A DNA stretch of 64,000 nucleotides from positions 170,737 to 234,736 of the forward strand of contig NMRA01000297.1 in NCBI GenBank assembly GCA_002633005.1, written 5' to 3'. The first letter of the stretch is position 1. Each line of letters opens with the position of its first letter. The position numbers were made by a program, and so were the translations under genes. Positions 1 to 14,464 of the stretch are shown in pieces. The notes under the pieces were generated by a model. The model did not search any database. It was given only the letters and a program-made list of their open reading frames with translations, and had not been told where the DNA came from. The stretch is from Phoronis australis. Its lineage: Eukaryota > Animalia > Phoronida.

Positions 1-2030
1 ATTTCCCTAGCTTACGTCAGAACACTGACAGTTAACGGTATGAGATGTGCGTCTTGCTTATATGCTGGCAATAAAGTACCGATGGTAGCCAAACAAATGA
101 CGTGGCCTCATTCAAAATCTCACATCCCATTGTTCTTTGGGATATCGAAATGGAAATTAGGTCTATGTCTATTTTAAACGCGAAAAAAGAGATTTGTAAC
201 AAAACTCTTGTTGAGTACTGTATGAGACGACCAGCATATATTGTACATGATGACGTTTAAAGTGTAGAGCTGTGTTGGGTTTCTACACGATTTTTAAGAG
301 TATGGCTAAGGCAAAGAAGTGATGCGTCATATTCCAAAGGCTTATTCTAAGACCTCGAAGTTACAACAATAAAATCTTTAGCTTCTAAACAGTTTTTACG
401 TGTGCCTTTTCCGGAATAATCGTCCTTATCAAAGTTTGTTGTGAATATACTTTCGGCAAGGAAGTCAGATACGTGTTCGTACAGTTCTGGTCTAGTTGGT
501 CTGTTCAGTGAATCATGGACTTCTGGTCCAGGTTTAACTTTCAGTGTGGGATTAGACAATCAAACTATGTTGACATTAGAACCTTAGACTACACCTGAAC
601 AACTCAAACGTGCGTAAACGGTTTTAGAAGCCAAAACTGCCACAGAATTGACAGGTGTCGAATACTGCTTCCTTCGAATTCACTTGAAGACCTGAAAACA
701 TTGGCGTGGTAGGGGAAAAGGTGACGAGACGTGTTTAGATCAATTTTGTTTTCATTTTACATACAAGGGTATTGTTGAACTAGACAGAGTGTGTAGATGC
801 CCCCCAAAGACATCGTAGAGCTAGACAGAGTGTGTGGATGCCTTCAAGGCATAAATTGTGAGTATGCACGAGTGCACTGAGTTTTTCGTTTAATGATCGA
901 TGGAATCTACATTAAATAGAAACGCGTGGAACATGGTATTGACTCTGTGTAATCTCATATAACTATAGTGGGCCTATGTAAACATTAGTCTTTCAATGAC
1001 AAACACATGATATCGTCAAAATCTTAAAAAATCCATAACACATGCACATGTTGTTAGTTGGAGCTGTTCATTAATACTCAAGTCTCGTATAAAACTTTGA
1101 AGACGCCTTTAAATTTACGTAAATAGAACTGGGAAATTCGTAAATCGTTGAAGTGTTGTTAAACTAGATTTCCAGCCTCTACACATGTAGCATAACCTCA
1201 GTTGACGTATGTTATAACTTTTAACATATCGACATTTCACTTGAGAGCACCACGCTCATCGTGAGAGATATCTCGACTTTAATGTCGGCCATTAACAATC
1301 AGCACTTTCGACCCGAGTGAAGAAATGATGACGTGATCAGATTCAATAGTTGGATCTCTTGGCTTTTAATGTTGGTCAACTAAATGGTGTTACGACGAAA
1401 TAATACTGCAGTATCACCTTATCTCAGGTTGCCTGGTCATATCTCCATGGCAACATAGATTTTTGTGAAATCTGCATATTAAAGATACGAGTTCTCGTTC
1501 TTTCCTCCGAGTCAATTAGAAACTTGAGACTTGGTTTGATCACGAGGAATGCCGTTTAATCACGTGACTATACAGTGATTATGTTTTGTACGATTGTTGA
1601 TGAAATGTGAACAAAAACTGTTATTTAGTTTGTTTCTCACAGCAGCCTGTAAAACGAGTATTGGAAATCACTAGAGAGTCGTATCAACTTGCGCTTCACG
1701 TTCTCATTAAAAATGTATTAATAAACATAACTTAATGATCAAAGTTCCCACAGGAAATACGACAGCGAATACACAGACTACTGACAATCCGCTTTATCAT
1801 TGTTTTTGCAGCCTTCGATGCCTGTCGTTTTTCAAATCCCTTTGGGCAAAATACAGTGATTGACTAACTTTAAGATTTAAAAGGATGACAATCAAATTAT
1901 CGGATGCCGGCAACCCGAGCCGCGTTCGACAATACTCATTCTATTATAGGTCACCCTCCCTGCACAACAGGAAAAACTAAAAGCCGTTACTTTTTACGAG
2001 AAACCCTGGAAGGATTGCTCGAATGTATTT

Positions 2031-2272
2031 CATGCGCGCACCCAGTCTTTAATATGGGGGGGGGCTCGAATTTCTGACGTAATGGAAATTTTCTTGAGAA
2101 AAAACCGGGAGAACTAAAAAATACTGGGTACCACCTTTAAGACTGTGAAATGTGCGTCTGCGCCTTTTTAGTGTCTCGTTTTCTCGGACTTTTTGTTTTC
2201 TGAGGCGGACCTTTTTGTCCACTTCGCCAAATGGGGGGCTCGTTCGAGCCCCCCCCCCTGGGTGTGCGCATG
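2031..2272 (+). mobile_element. hAT-like MITE family A, full copy, 5-bp TSD
   Basis: TIRs CATGCGCGCACCCAG / CTGGGTGTGCGCATG with TSD TATTT on both sides. Homologous to copies at 19849, 37639, 44451 and 52772. Confidence 0.8.
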
Positions 2273-4180
2273 TATTTTGCCTTTTTCAGACGGAATTCAG
2301 CGATATCGACGATATAGTTTGTAAAACGACCACAGAGCTCGTTGGGTTGCTAAGGCTGCGATCAGGCTTCGTTTGCTAGGGACGAGCGAACAAAGTGACG
2401 TGAGGTGTCGCTACAGTTGTTTCAGGCGCTTGATGCAATGTTCATATGCTTTCGTATTGATGAGTCCTCGGTAGTGTACTACGGTTATATGTCGAACAGA
2501 AGTATTTGGTTTGTCTTCAACTCTGTAACAAGAACAGTAAGTAGCGAAAATGAATTTATTTTTTGTAAAAGATGTAAAATGATTATTACTTCCTGTACTG
2601 GTCTTGCATTACTACAGCAGGCGACCACCCTAAACCTGCCTTCCATGAGAACAATTGACATTGCGTTATAGCTTCAAGTCAAGCATAACATTACTCGCCT
2701 ACTCGAGCAAAGATTTTGAGTTTGGTCTCGTGAGAAGTATCGATAACTCCTCAACAAACTCAAAAATCACCTCTAATTGCAATGAGGAACAATTTGGGGT
2801 CAGTTTCGAAACAGGAAATCCTTCAAGTAAAAATCATTGTATTTTGCCAGAAGGCGGGCTTATAAGAGTTTGGAGGTGTTATGAGTGGTAACAATCATGT
2901 TGCTATCTACATGTGATAGCAGCTGAACCAATATAAAAAATTATGTTACATATAGTTTAAAGAGTGCTGGTCGATGTCTTTTAACCAGTACGTGACAGAA
3001 ATTTGGGACCGAATTCATTATTTCCTGAAGCACAACATATTGACTGGCGCATGCATCTAACACCGCGAACAGGAGACAATGGAAGACACGTGTTACTGAA
3101 GTTTGTTACAAGAAAGTTTGTGTACCGAGACTTTTGTTATTTGGAAAACGTGTGGGAGTGTCACACAAAGTATAAAACTGTAAAATTTAACTCAAAACGG
3201 TATACATTTTCTGAAAGTAGGAAACCAGTAGAATGTGATTATTCGTTTTATACCATTCTGTTTGGTGACGAAAAAATGCCTTTTTAAGCAAAAAAAATCA
3301 CAGTATTAATTATTACACATCACCGAAGCTAATGTATCAATAACTACACATGACAGAATTTCACTTCAGTTTACCTGCATGCGGATCACTATAGTAATTA
3401 AAAAACATTCTTTCGAATAGAAACGCTTGGGCTCAACATCCGCATTTACATCGGCTCATTATTCATTTTTCGAGAGCAATACATTAAACATCTAGAAGTG
3501 CATTAGAAAGTAATGAAGAGTACAAATTATGTCAACTGAACTTGTGTAATTTTTAAATGTTAAACTTTTTTCAAAGAGGGTATCACGATTAAACGTAGAT
3601 GTAAGCGTTACAAATAAATAAAAAATCGAGTATACTACACATTAAATAACACTTTTCCAATTTGATGATCCCTATAATATTCTGCGTTTCATGATCGTTA
3701 GCCCAGAATTAATCATTCATGTGACGAATTGTATTTTATCGTTGATGGATTATAACAGCGTGTAAATTATTGATATCTTCTTATAACGTATTCTAGTATA
3801 CAGCCGCTTCGATGGTAATAAATTAATATCTAGCACAAAGCCAACTGCGTTACAGGGATGAAACAAAATGTACATTGTGGAATACACGGTGTGCATCAGT
3901 GATGCTTTAATATTGAGTAGATTGTTGAAATAATTTATACACATCTGTATCTGATAACATCACACAATTTTAAAAGACAATGAATTGTCACAGTCGACTA
4001 TACGACCGTTACTGAGATGTGACACCGTCTCAAACGGTTCTTTGTCTTGGGCCTCTTTCCCTTTATTTTCTCGGCACAGGACGTTGCTTACTTGCACGTG
4101 TTTTTAAACAATAAGGAAAAGCGGTATGTGCAAAAGTCTGTCTGGTACATCTTATCACTGGAGATGTACATTACTGGTGC

Positions 4181-4505
4181 AACAGCTATGTATCAAGTGC
4201 AGCAGTTATGTACGTAGTGCTAGAGTTATGTACGTAGGGCTGGAGTTATGAATGTAGGGTTGGAGTTTTGTATGTAGCGCTTCAGTTGCGTACGAGGTGC
4301 TGCAGGTGTGCTGGTACTGTAGCAGTTGCGTACGCAGTGATGCAGTTGTGTACGTACTGCTGCAGTTGTGTATGCAGTGCTCCAGTTATGTATGTAGTGT
4401 AGCAGGTATGTACGTAGTGCTGTAGTAATATACCTAGTGTGGCCGTAATCGTGTACGTATAGTGATGCAGTTGTGTAGTTGGTGCTGCTAGGGTGTACGG
4501 AATGC
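4181..4505. repeat. 20-bp minisatellite (TGCAGTTRTGTACGTAGTGC), about 16 diverged copies
   Basis: Visible 20-nt periodicity. Confidence 0.85.
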
Positions 4506-5228
4506 CTATTCACGCAGCTGCTACATGTGGTGTTTTACCATTTGGCCCGGCACTATGTACACATTTAAAGCTTTCAACAACATATTCTGCTTCTTTATCT
4601 CATAGTTATGGGACGACAATTCCAATCTTCGTTGATATTTTCATGACAATTGAGGAACGTTATAGAACTGGGCAACAACGGTTGCGTTCAATAACGGAAC
4701 TCAGTTGCAAGATGTTTGTATTATCTTATCTAGCGTGTGGTCTAGCTGCTTACGTGTTACAGAAAGTTACGTCGCAGGGTCAATGAAGATGTGAAATAAT
4801 TAGCACTCCATTTTGCAACCGGTTGACAGCAAGACACACAGCATATCTGCGCTGACGTTGCCGCTGAGCTGTTGGTTTTCCAATTTGCTGTGGCCGTATT
4901 TGTATTGGCTTGCCAGTGTTAACGTTTGACTTCCCTACATGTATCAACATTCTCATGCCACTTACACAAAACTGGAGACAACACTGGCTTGTTCTTGATT
5001 GAACGTGGGAAGTCTAGATACACTGAACAGTATATTGTCGACAGTCATATATTTTCAATATTACTTATACTCTATCGGTTTCAAACAAAGCTCATTTACA
5101 GTCTGGGCAAGCTTCAAACTTGCTCAGAAGCACAATAAATGTTTTTAAGTAACATCTTATAAACGTTTTAAAGTAACACCCTCGAATCAGTCTTGAAAAC
5201 ACAACTGATGCACCTCTAGCTACCTTAA

Positions 5229-5964
5229 AGAGATATGGAACGTGGTATATATCTTCTCAACAATTACCATCTTGCAACGTTAAGCACATTGTTAATCACT
5301 TTCCGTTTCCCTGTGAAGGAATTTCTGATAAATTACAAAAATCGCGATTTTTGAAATACACGTGAAGTAAAAACTCTGCAGTCACCACGAAGTTTTTAAC
5401 CTCCCTAGTACATGCTCTCACAATCATTCGACAAACAACTGACTGACGATGAATATTGTCTGCAAATTATCACGTATGATTTCACTCCCAATTTGAGGTC
5501 TGCAGCACAGCATGAGGTAAACCAGCGAAGCAAGCAATTTTTCAAAAATAATTTCAGTTGCATAAATGCTACTATCCCTTTACAACTAAATTTTAACACT
5601 TAGGGACTTACATCAATTGCCTCTTAATCGGACTGGCTGCTGCTTGAAGTCATTATTTTGTTTACGTTAAATGTCAAATATCAAATTTTTCATATAAGGG
5701 AAATGTGCTACGTCTATGTCTTGCTATACCAAGTTCGAAGGCGTGCTTTGCCTTGTCGGGGAAAAATGGACGAAGTGACGAGCAATCGACAGATCGTTTT
5801 TTAGAAATTTGAAACGAAAAAATAAATGCTTTGACATCAACAGAAATATTTACGAGCAAACTATGAAAATACCTGGTGAGCATGTTGAATTCTATTTCAG
5901 TGGCAGATAACCTCGGAAACCCTGAATAATGCAATTTATTCTGTTTATCAGGATCCAGACCGCT
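5229..5964 (+). mobile_element. Kolobok-like element K3 copy 1
   Basis: TTAA|AGAGATATGGA ... TCCAGACCGCT|TTAA (degenerate TIRs). Segments 5340-5405 and 5665-5964 are homologous to 36520-36918. Confidence 0.55.
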
Positions 5965-6745
5965 TTAAATGCAATGTACAGTGAGTGCAGGATCATGAAT
6001 ATTCCCAATTTTTCGTCGCCTGTGTTGCGTTCCACATACGCACAAAATCTCAAGATCACGAAAGCATTCACGGGATATCGAAAGAGAAACTTGTAAACAC
6101 ACTAGATTTTCTCACGTGTGTCATGCGTCTACTTAGCGCATCCCTGGTTAGTAGAAAACCCAACAGTGAACAAAACGATTTCATTTAATTAAGTAATAAC
6201 TGTGATGATCAAATAAATGAAAAAAAATCTAAATTAAGACAATTAACACTAAAGGTAGATGGATTACAATTTAGAATTATCGACAAAGTCAATTAGTAAA
6301 TGTTTGTTAAGAGTTAACGGTAACTGCCGTCAGACTTATTGGTGTTTGACACACACTGGCCATTAAAGACTGTGTGAAGAGTAGCCGAGAATAAACAAAC
6401 GTCAATTATTGCAATACTTATGTTAGTGTTAAGTAATATCCAGTAGCGACATTTCTATGGTCAATATTTTTGACGGGGATAACCACCTTTCAAGTATATG
6501 GTCAAATGTTCGCTGGGTTTTGAATGCTGAAAATAGCCATTCCTTGAATTATTTCAATTCAACAGAGAGCTAGTCAACACATGCCCTGACTACGCTGCTA
6601 TCTCCAGAAACAAATCTTGTCGTAAATGGAAACACCCAACCGATTTCATTAGCAATGTAGTTTTTAAAGTGCTGGTGCAGTTTTTGACACCACACCAGTC
6701 GCATTGCTTACGTCATCAGCCAAAGACAGGCGTCGTCACTGACAG

Positions 6746-7977
6746 TTATTACTCTGCGCGTGTAAGCGCAGAGTACTGTTGTTCCTGGGTTTTCTTCAAT
6801 TTTTTTCTTATTCTTATTCTTCTTCCGACACCTTGAGACTTAATAACTCCAAAACGGATGCAGGTATGTTCTTTAAATTCTGCATGTGATTTTTGGCAGT
6901 ACATAAATTTTGATTCGTTATATAATCATATTCCACATTGCACCGGAAGAGGTCATTTGGTGCAAAGGTCAATAATTTTCAAAATGCCACTTCTTCATTT
7001 TTAAAGCTATTCTTTTCAAATTCGGTGCACAGGTACAAGTTAATAAGGCAATTTAAAACATTACTTTTCTAAGTAATCGGGTCATTCAATCAGGTGAAAT
7101 AGGTCAAATGTCATTAGGTGCAAATTAAAATTTTGAGCTAGACACTGCAAATTGACAGGTCTGATTGGTACAGGTAATTCAATTTGGAATTCAAAGTTTC
7201 AGGTCATTTAGTGCAAACATGGGGTCATTAGGTACATTTTTCTTCTGAAAATTTGACTTTTTCAATCAGCAAGTATTCAGATGTATCAACCGTTAGGCAA
7301 CTGTGATTCTCAGCATTAAACACATTTTTATGGGCTTTGCAATAATTCTCCTAAAGACGCTTATAATGCACCGGATAGGGTCAATTAGTGCAAAGGTCAT
7401 GTAACGTTAAAAATGTTATATCTCTTACGTTTTTCAAGGAATTCTTTTCAATTTCAGCACACTGGTGTAAGTCAACATGCCAATTGAATACCCTAGTTTC
7501 TTTCGCAATAGGTTTAACCAATCAGAAAAAATAGGTCAAAGGTCAATGAGTGCAAACTAAAATTTTGAGCTAAAGTCTTCAAAATTACATATCTGTTTAC
7601 TAAGTGCGATTGAGTTTGAATTCTAAATTTTCAGGTCATTTGGTGCACCCATGGGGTCATTAGGTGCATTTTTCTTCTGAAAGTTTGACCAATTCATTCA
7701 TCCTGTATTCTGAAGTGCTTAAAGTAAAACGTGTGATTTTTAGCATTAACTACACTTTTAATCGAGTTAACAATTACTCCCTCATCGGGGCTCATAATGC
7801 ACCGGAAGAGGTCAATTAGTGGAAAGGTCATCAAAAAATTAATATGTAATTTCTCCTACAATTTTAAAGAATTCCTTTTCATATTGGTAAACGGGTTGCT
7901 GTCAGTAACTTCCCATAATAATTCCAGTAATACGCACGCGCAGAGTCCGTTATTGTCACGCCGTAATCTTTCTAGTT
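6746..7977 (+). mobile_element. Helentron-associated (HINE/DINE-1-like) element with internal ~430-bp tandem units
   Basis: 5' TTATT + subTIR ACTCTGCGCGTG with adjacent inverted GCGCAGAGTA, a (TTC)n tract, 3' subTIR CACGCGCAGAGT (7935-46) and terminal CTAGTT. TGCACCGGA..GGTCA..TG.AAAGGTCA recurs at about 6939, 7367 and 7798. Confidence 0.7.
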
Positions 7978-8436
7978 ACTTTTGTGGTACGTTTTATTAG
8001 AAAACTTGAATTCACCAGTCGTTTAATGTGCCGTGTGCGAATGTTTCCTATACCGTGAAAGATCAACAGTGGCCGGGACTGATATTAGCCATTATAAAAA
8101 TTCTGAGATGACCTGTGAAGTTGAGATATATGGCATATCTGTGTAAAAATCACGTTACACGCACATTGTAAGGGTGTACATATATGAACGAATAGTATCT
8201 TGGAAAATTAAGTGATTGGGATGTTAATCAGAATCCATTTTAAATGTCTAACGGTAAACACATACATCTGAGCAGTCTTATGCGAGACCATGACCAAAAA
8301 GGTAAAATATCAGAACACGACACGATACACACAGTGTATAAAAGAAAACTGTATTTTAGGTCTGCTCGTTCAACATCGACTTTATGCCCTAAAAACGTTT
8401 GTTCACAGAATACACGATGGGGTGTTTTTTGCCAAG

Positions 8437-8453
8437 ACATCATCACCATCACT

Positions 8454-8529
<76 letters not shown>

Positions 8530-8592
8530 CCATCACCATCATCATTATCATAATCATCATCATCACCACCACCACCACCACCATCATCATTA
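8437..8592. repeat. (ATC)n/(ACC)n trinucleotide microsatellite
   Basis: Direct reading. It accounts for the poly-His/Ile/Ser/Met ORFs. Confidence 0.95.
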
Positions 8593-9420
8593 TTGAAGTA
8601 GTATGATCAATTCCTAACTTCAACGTAGGCCTATTTGTTTCTAAAAAAACATGATGCATTTGTACTTGAACACTTTAACCGATGACCTGAGTTTGAGTAG
8701 GAGTTAAGCCGTCTTTGTGACTGGAAACAGTTAAGGCTCATTATATTTTACCAAACTCGCATCCTCGCATAAAAAATGGTTTCGCGCTCAGTCCGTCCTT
8801 GATTACAACCTCACCAGTCATCATTTCACGGAATCGTGTTCATTGGTTGAAAAAGTAAACATACAGTAGATACAACTCATTGCGGGGTCAATTTGAAAAC
8901 AATCAATTTTTCGTAATTAGCGTCAGCAATAAGCGATGCAGACGTTGGTTCAATTACAAAGATACAGGTTATCACTGTAGGAAAAGGTTGTTAAGGCTCA
9001 CACTTCACACGTTTACCGAAGCTGTTAAGCCGAGACATTTAAGTTGGCGTACAAATAGATGGTTGAAAATTCTGTTAGTACTCTGCACTAATTTGACTGA
9101 GTTTGTTTCACTTCCGCTTGATGTTCACACCTATGACTTTTAATGTTTACATATTAACATGTTACGTACGAGGCAGGCCTTTTTACTCTGATGATAGCAG
9201 CAAAACCGTTGCAAAGCCTAGCATTAACATACCAGACGCAGTACTTGTGGTGTACGACCAAGTCAAGCCACACCCTTTTCCCATTAACAGTTTGCCCCAT
9301 CTTGCCGTCGCCACCAAATCGCCGAACTCCATCTGTAATCTACTTTTCTATTAAAAACGTCGCGTAGCTAGTACTCGACAGAGTTTTTAAGTGAATTTTC
9401 ATTGGCTAAGAAGCGCAGCA

Positions 9421-9713
9421 GTTACAACAAAAGTAGCATTATAGGGCTATGTGTAACAAAAAATACCATAATAGGGCTATGGTGTAACAAAAATTAGCAT
9501 TATAGGGCTATGGTGTAACAAAAACTAGCATTACAGGGCTATGGTGCAACAAAAAGTAGCATTATAGGGCTATGGCGTAACACTAAGTAGCATTATAACA
9601 GTATGATGTAACAATAAGTACCATTATATAGGGCTATGGCGTAACACTAAGTAGCATTATAACAGTATGGCGTAACAATAAGCAGCATTATAGGGCTATG
9701 GTGTAACAATAAG
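9421..9713. repeat. 31-bp minisatellite (GGTGTAACAAAAAGTAGCATTATAGGGCTAT), about 9 copies
   Basis: Contiguous tandem units without unique spacers. Confidence 0.9.
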
Positions 9714-10387
9714 TGCAGCTTGTTATAGGTTTAAAATTTTTGCGCGAAATTGAGAACGTTCTCTTTAGCAGCGTACAGTAACATGCTATGTAGAGATTCA
9801 TTCTATCTTTGTAATCAAACAATTAGTAATCATTGAACTACATACTCTATTGAACCACACTCTTTTAATACCTTTAATTGTGCAAATTACCAAAAAAAAA
9901 CCGACCGAACAACAGATTGCGCGTCTGGCAAAGGAGTGAATTCAAAAGTGGTAATCTAGGTTGATCTCAAGGGGTCAAGTTTCACTGTAACTATGCCTGT
10001 GTATTGTTATCAACAGAAATCTTTTTCGATTGGCGTAGTCGAATGACCTCTGCTTGATAACAGTAGCAATCGTAGTGGCCACGATCGTTACTGCAGGAGT
10101 GTCACCGGAAGTTCGTAAGCGATGTTCTGCGCAGAGATTAATCGCGTTTCCCTAACGCGGTAAGTACAGTTTGTTTGAGCAGTCTGAGTGAATTCAAGAC
10201 TATTAGATACATGTACTTTATATTGCCTGGTGTTCTGGAAATCACGAAACGTGCACATACATGTGCTATTCAACGACAGCAGAGGTAAGTTACTGACGAG
10301 GAAGGGGGTTCTTGACTATATTCTGGACAGGGGTGTGCAGCCGGAAAACTAAGTTACAACTGGATGAATAGATCGTTAGTCTGAAGG

Positions 10388-10499
10388 CAGACAGACAGAC
10401 ACAGACAGACAGACAGACAGACACAGACAGACAGACACAGACAGACAGACACAGACAGACAGACAGACAGACACAGACAGACAGACAGGCAGGCAGACA
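10388..10499. repeat. (CAGA)n microsatellite with CACA interruptions
   Basis: Direct reading. Confidence 0.95.
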
Positions 10500-13400
10500 A
10501 AAAGCAGACTGGCAGAGACTGACAGATGAATTGATAGATCGTTATATATGCCGTAAAAGATTTTAGTTTATCGGTTCGTTCCAGGTATGGCCATCTTGTT
10601 TACACAAGAAAGGAGACTAACAGACAGACAGATGCTTGTATGGGATTCACCTATTATATGAGTTAGGGAACGTTACAGCTGCGGAAAAGGCATTTTGAAA
10701 ATGTCCGTGCGTTAAAACTGACAAGCGCCTCCTATTGCCATGGGCTTGACGTCGTTCTTAACTGTTTTCCAAATGAGTTATTATAGAAGGAAATTCAAAG
10801 CGACCACCAAAATTGTGACAGTTTGCACCTCGGAGGTCATTATAAACTCTTTTAATTTCAGTAAGGTTTACAACAACACCGTGAACCAGTTGTCACAACG
10901 AAAAATGACGACATTTTGTCTTGGGAAGTCTGTACAATCCTCAAACTGTGACATTTTCTGCAGTTACGATGTTTCGTTGTCGTATCTATTCCAGTTCAAT
11001 ATCTTTTAAATGTTTTGCTTGCACAGGTTGTGAAAATACTTTAGTTAGAACTCATGTACTTGCTCGAATAACATGCGGGTATGTATAAAAGAATTAGAAG
11101 TGTCACCAGTCTTCACTTGGTTGTACGTTTGTGCAGTTCCGTGGTACGTTTATGTGGTCATCAAGGAAATGTGTTGGTGCTCGGTATCAAAGCTTGAAGA
11201 CACAAACACCATTCAAGGAAAACGTGTGTATTTTCTGGAACTGCTTTGTCCAACAATGTTGATTTTTATATGTCAGCAGCAGTGCCACTTGGCAGAAGTG
11301 TTGGGTGTTGGACAAGGTCCCTATGCCCTCCTCTAGATCTGCAGGTGGGTGGACAAGATCCCTATGCCCTACTCTAGATCTGCCGTTGATAGCTAAGTCA
11401 ATAATAGTTTCTTAGTGGTAGTCATAAGCATTCTAGTTTCTTGAGCATGGGGTCTTTTTGTGTGTATAGAGGGTCACGTGACTGCTGCGTCCTGTATTTT
11501 TTGTGAGTTTGGCAGTAGGCTATAGCGCAAGATTATGTTGATGAAAAGCTATTGTTTAGCAAGTAATGACTAAATGACTGGCGTGATTGAAACGACCAAT
11601 CAAAAGTAGTCTGACAATTTCTTTTCCATGAGCCAAGCTGTCTTGCTGCAAGCATGTTGCGAGTGTCTTGTGTCACGTAACACGTCCTTAACTGCAGTTC
11701 CACAGTAAGGACCCTTGTTTCAATAGCACCTCTTTATAAATATGAAATCTCGCTTGCGTGAGAGACCGTTGTGGGTTATGCTTAGTATAGGTCCGTTGGA
11801 GCGGTTTAACTTGCGCGGGCTGTTATGGAGTTTTAAAATCTGTCAACGGTATTTCATACTACAGATTCACCCTGTCATCTCATTGTGCATCAAACCTAAT
11901 TAGTTCACTTCTGTGTAATTTGCATTGCCTTGCTTTGACAAGCGTAAAACAAGTCTGTCGTGTTAACTGACATTCCAATAGTAGCATATGAAACTGCCTT
12001 ACATTATCAACACAACCTCCCTGCTTTATGTTTGATATCGTAATCCGATTTGCCCGCTGATGTCAAGAACAAAGAAAGTTGATTTGTTATCTTACATTAT
12101 TACACCATATGTGATAACTGAACATTTAAAAGTGTCACTATAAGTACGATATAGACGCGTATTTTCTCCCATTCGCTTTTATAAAAATCATCGGTTAAAT
12201 TGGATGATTGATTTGCCGACAGATTTCGCTTGGGCATGCTTTGGTTAGTAAATCAATAAATACTCGACGAATAACGCGGGCGGGAAAGCAACTGAATCTT
12301 ATTTCGAGGCTGAGGTTAGGATAGCATTTACCATCTTCACTAATGCTTTCTTCTCCTAACAGTTAGTATAAAATTTTTGCAGGCTTAGTCCTAACATTTG
12401 TAGATAATTCCTACTGATTTTGAAGTCTGGTGGTCAATGTCAATGTCACTCTCACGCGAACATGTCATGTTTGCCTTTTGGGTGAAAGCGGTTGGAAACG
12501 ATTACATAAGGGTCGTCTTAACAATAACACAGGCTTCCACGTACATGTAAGGCCGGTCCAATTGGACACCTGCCAACATAACTACTCTTAGAAGTGAAAT
12601 GCAAATTATGTACCATTAAGTACTCGTGTACTGTACATGTATTTATCTACATTGTATAGACCTGTCGGTAGCCTACTCCTAATAACAGCACGATAAATCC
12701 TTCACTCGTCTCAGGCCGAGACATGGGCAAAACCTCTTTTGTCGAAATTCCGCGGCTTTTTGTTTTCTCATATGAAAGTTAAACACGATCTTTTTTGCCG
12801 AAATACTCGACGTGTCTGAACCTTCAACCACATGACGCAACTTTTGTAAAAACATTTGTGCTATGTTAAGTAAACCCCCTTACTTTTGTTAATAATTTTA
12901 TTTTAAACTTAACAATTGTAAAATGCACTTAGCTCTCGTAATAAACGTGTAAGTCAGAGTCAGATAAATACTCTGAAGTTAATTGTAACATGAAAACTTA
13001 TCAATTGTCTATAAACACAACAATCTGCATGGCTTTCCCGCGCGTGGGCACTGAATTGACCTTGAGACAGCTACATGTAGGCGTGGTTTCTGTAGTTGGG
13101 GTTCATCTCCGTTTGAATGAACGACGACTGGATATGGAATTCGCCGCCGAAGATGGGTCCGTTTAAGTAGTTATTTGCATGCCCTTCCGACTGGGAGTGC
13201 AGTTGATACGCCGTAAAATGTAACAATTTCGTAAAATGTAACAATTGTTACATTTTATGTCATTGTTACAATTTACGTTGTGTGCCGCCTCTCCTAAAAT
13301 GTAACAAGTCGTTACATTTTATGTAACTGTTACAATTTACGTAAAATGCACATGCGAAAAATGTAACAATGTTACATTTTACGAAAGCCACGTCATATTT

Positions 13401-14464
13401 CATGAGTTTGCATTGTACATGTATTTGTCACAAGGAGGAAAACCGTTGACACACTTAACGCCTTCTGTCTCGGATAGTGTGAATGAAATGCTATCTAATG
13501 TGCCAGGTCGACTTGATAGATGCGTCCCTATGCACTTTCCATGTTTTTTAACATGAGTAGTTTTATGGTAAAGTCAAAAATGTTCACCGTACAGTTTCAG
13601 CTCCACACGAAAGGAGTTTTGCAGGATCAGGTAACAAGTTTTTTTATCGTTAAGGCGTTCTTGCAATCTTTTGTTGGCGCTCATAAACCAACTGTGCATC
13701 CGACATTACAGTAAACACACTTCCCTTGGTAAGAAAAATAATGACATCGTATTTGGCTAAAATTTATCGTATTTTTTCGGGAACGAACGACAATAACAAA
13801 ATTTCTCATTGAGAATTCAATCTCGGAAGCCAATTTGATAGATAAAAGACAAGTTTTAGTCCACTATAGTTTATTTCGGCCATTGTTTTATTGCCTTGGA
13901 GTCATCGCTAATGCCGTAATTTGCCCTGCTCCACACAAAAGGAGCAAAACCAAAGTTGCTGATGCCCATGGGTTCTGTCTACCACCTTAGTTACGAGTGA
14001 CAATATCTTAAACACATTGTGATGGAAGGAAATAAAACCACGTATTTATTTGGCGGCAGGTTGAAAGGCTTTGCCAAAGCAACAGCAAAATACCGCCTTT
14101 GAGCACAGCGAGCCAATAGTGTAAAAAAGTGGCGGCATAGTAACGTTTGTTATACTGCTTTAACGCTGAAAGAAAGTTCCTATGATGCCTAACCTTCCTG
14201 AAATAGCGGTGGTAACAACAGTTGGAACCGTGACGTGTATACGTAAAAATGGCATGCCTAGTTGGGGAAATAAAAAATATTTTGCAGTCTGAAAGGACAT
14301 GATCATTTTGCTCAAACCTTGTCAAGGTCGATGATGTAAAGGGACAATAGTCCATGGAAGCTGACTGGACGTGAAGTCACGTGTCTCATGAGGAGCCACT
14401 TCTTGTGTTGCAGCTCGCAGATAAGGGAATTTGGCATATTAATCCTTTTGATGCATTGCATTAA

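Noticed and set aside
347-690. Minus-strand 70-aa ORF with a nearby acceptor-like site
   Set aside because: All frames from the acceptor hit stops before the ORF, and there is no recognisable motif.
2026-2277. Transib/RAG-like transposon hypothesis for the 5-bp-TSD MITEs and the CACAG-ended element at 48447
   Set aside because: The 5-bp-TSD elements begin CAT/CAG rather than CAC, and one carries hAT-like transposase remnants. The CAC-ended element has an 8-bp TSD. No RAG1-core-like ORF was seen.
2290-2379. Possible terminal exon TEFSDIDDIVCKTTTELVGLLRLRSGFVC after a tttttcag acceptor
   Set aside because: Short, with no partner exons or recognisable domain. It needs RNA-seq or BLASTx support.
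8240-8659. Poly-His, poly-Met, poly-Ile and poly-Ser ORFs
   Set aside because: All are translations of one (ATC)n/(ACC)n microsatellite, with no coding context.
9421-9713. CRISPR-like appearance of ~30-bp repeats (also 63324-63500 and 26865-27890)
   Set aside because: Units are contiguous with no unique spacers, there are no cas genes, and the context is eukaryotic.
14008-14355. 115-aa ORF inside the foldback element
   Set aside because: No transposase or other motif could be recognised.
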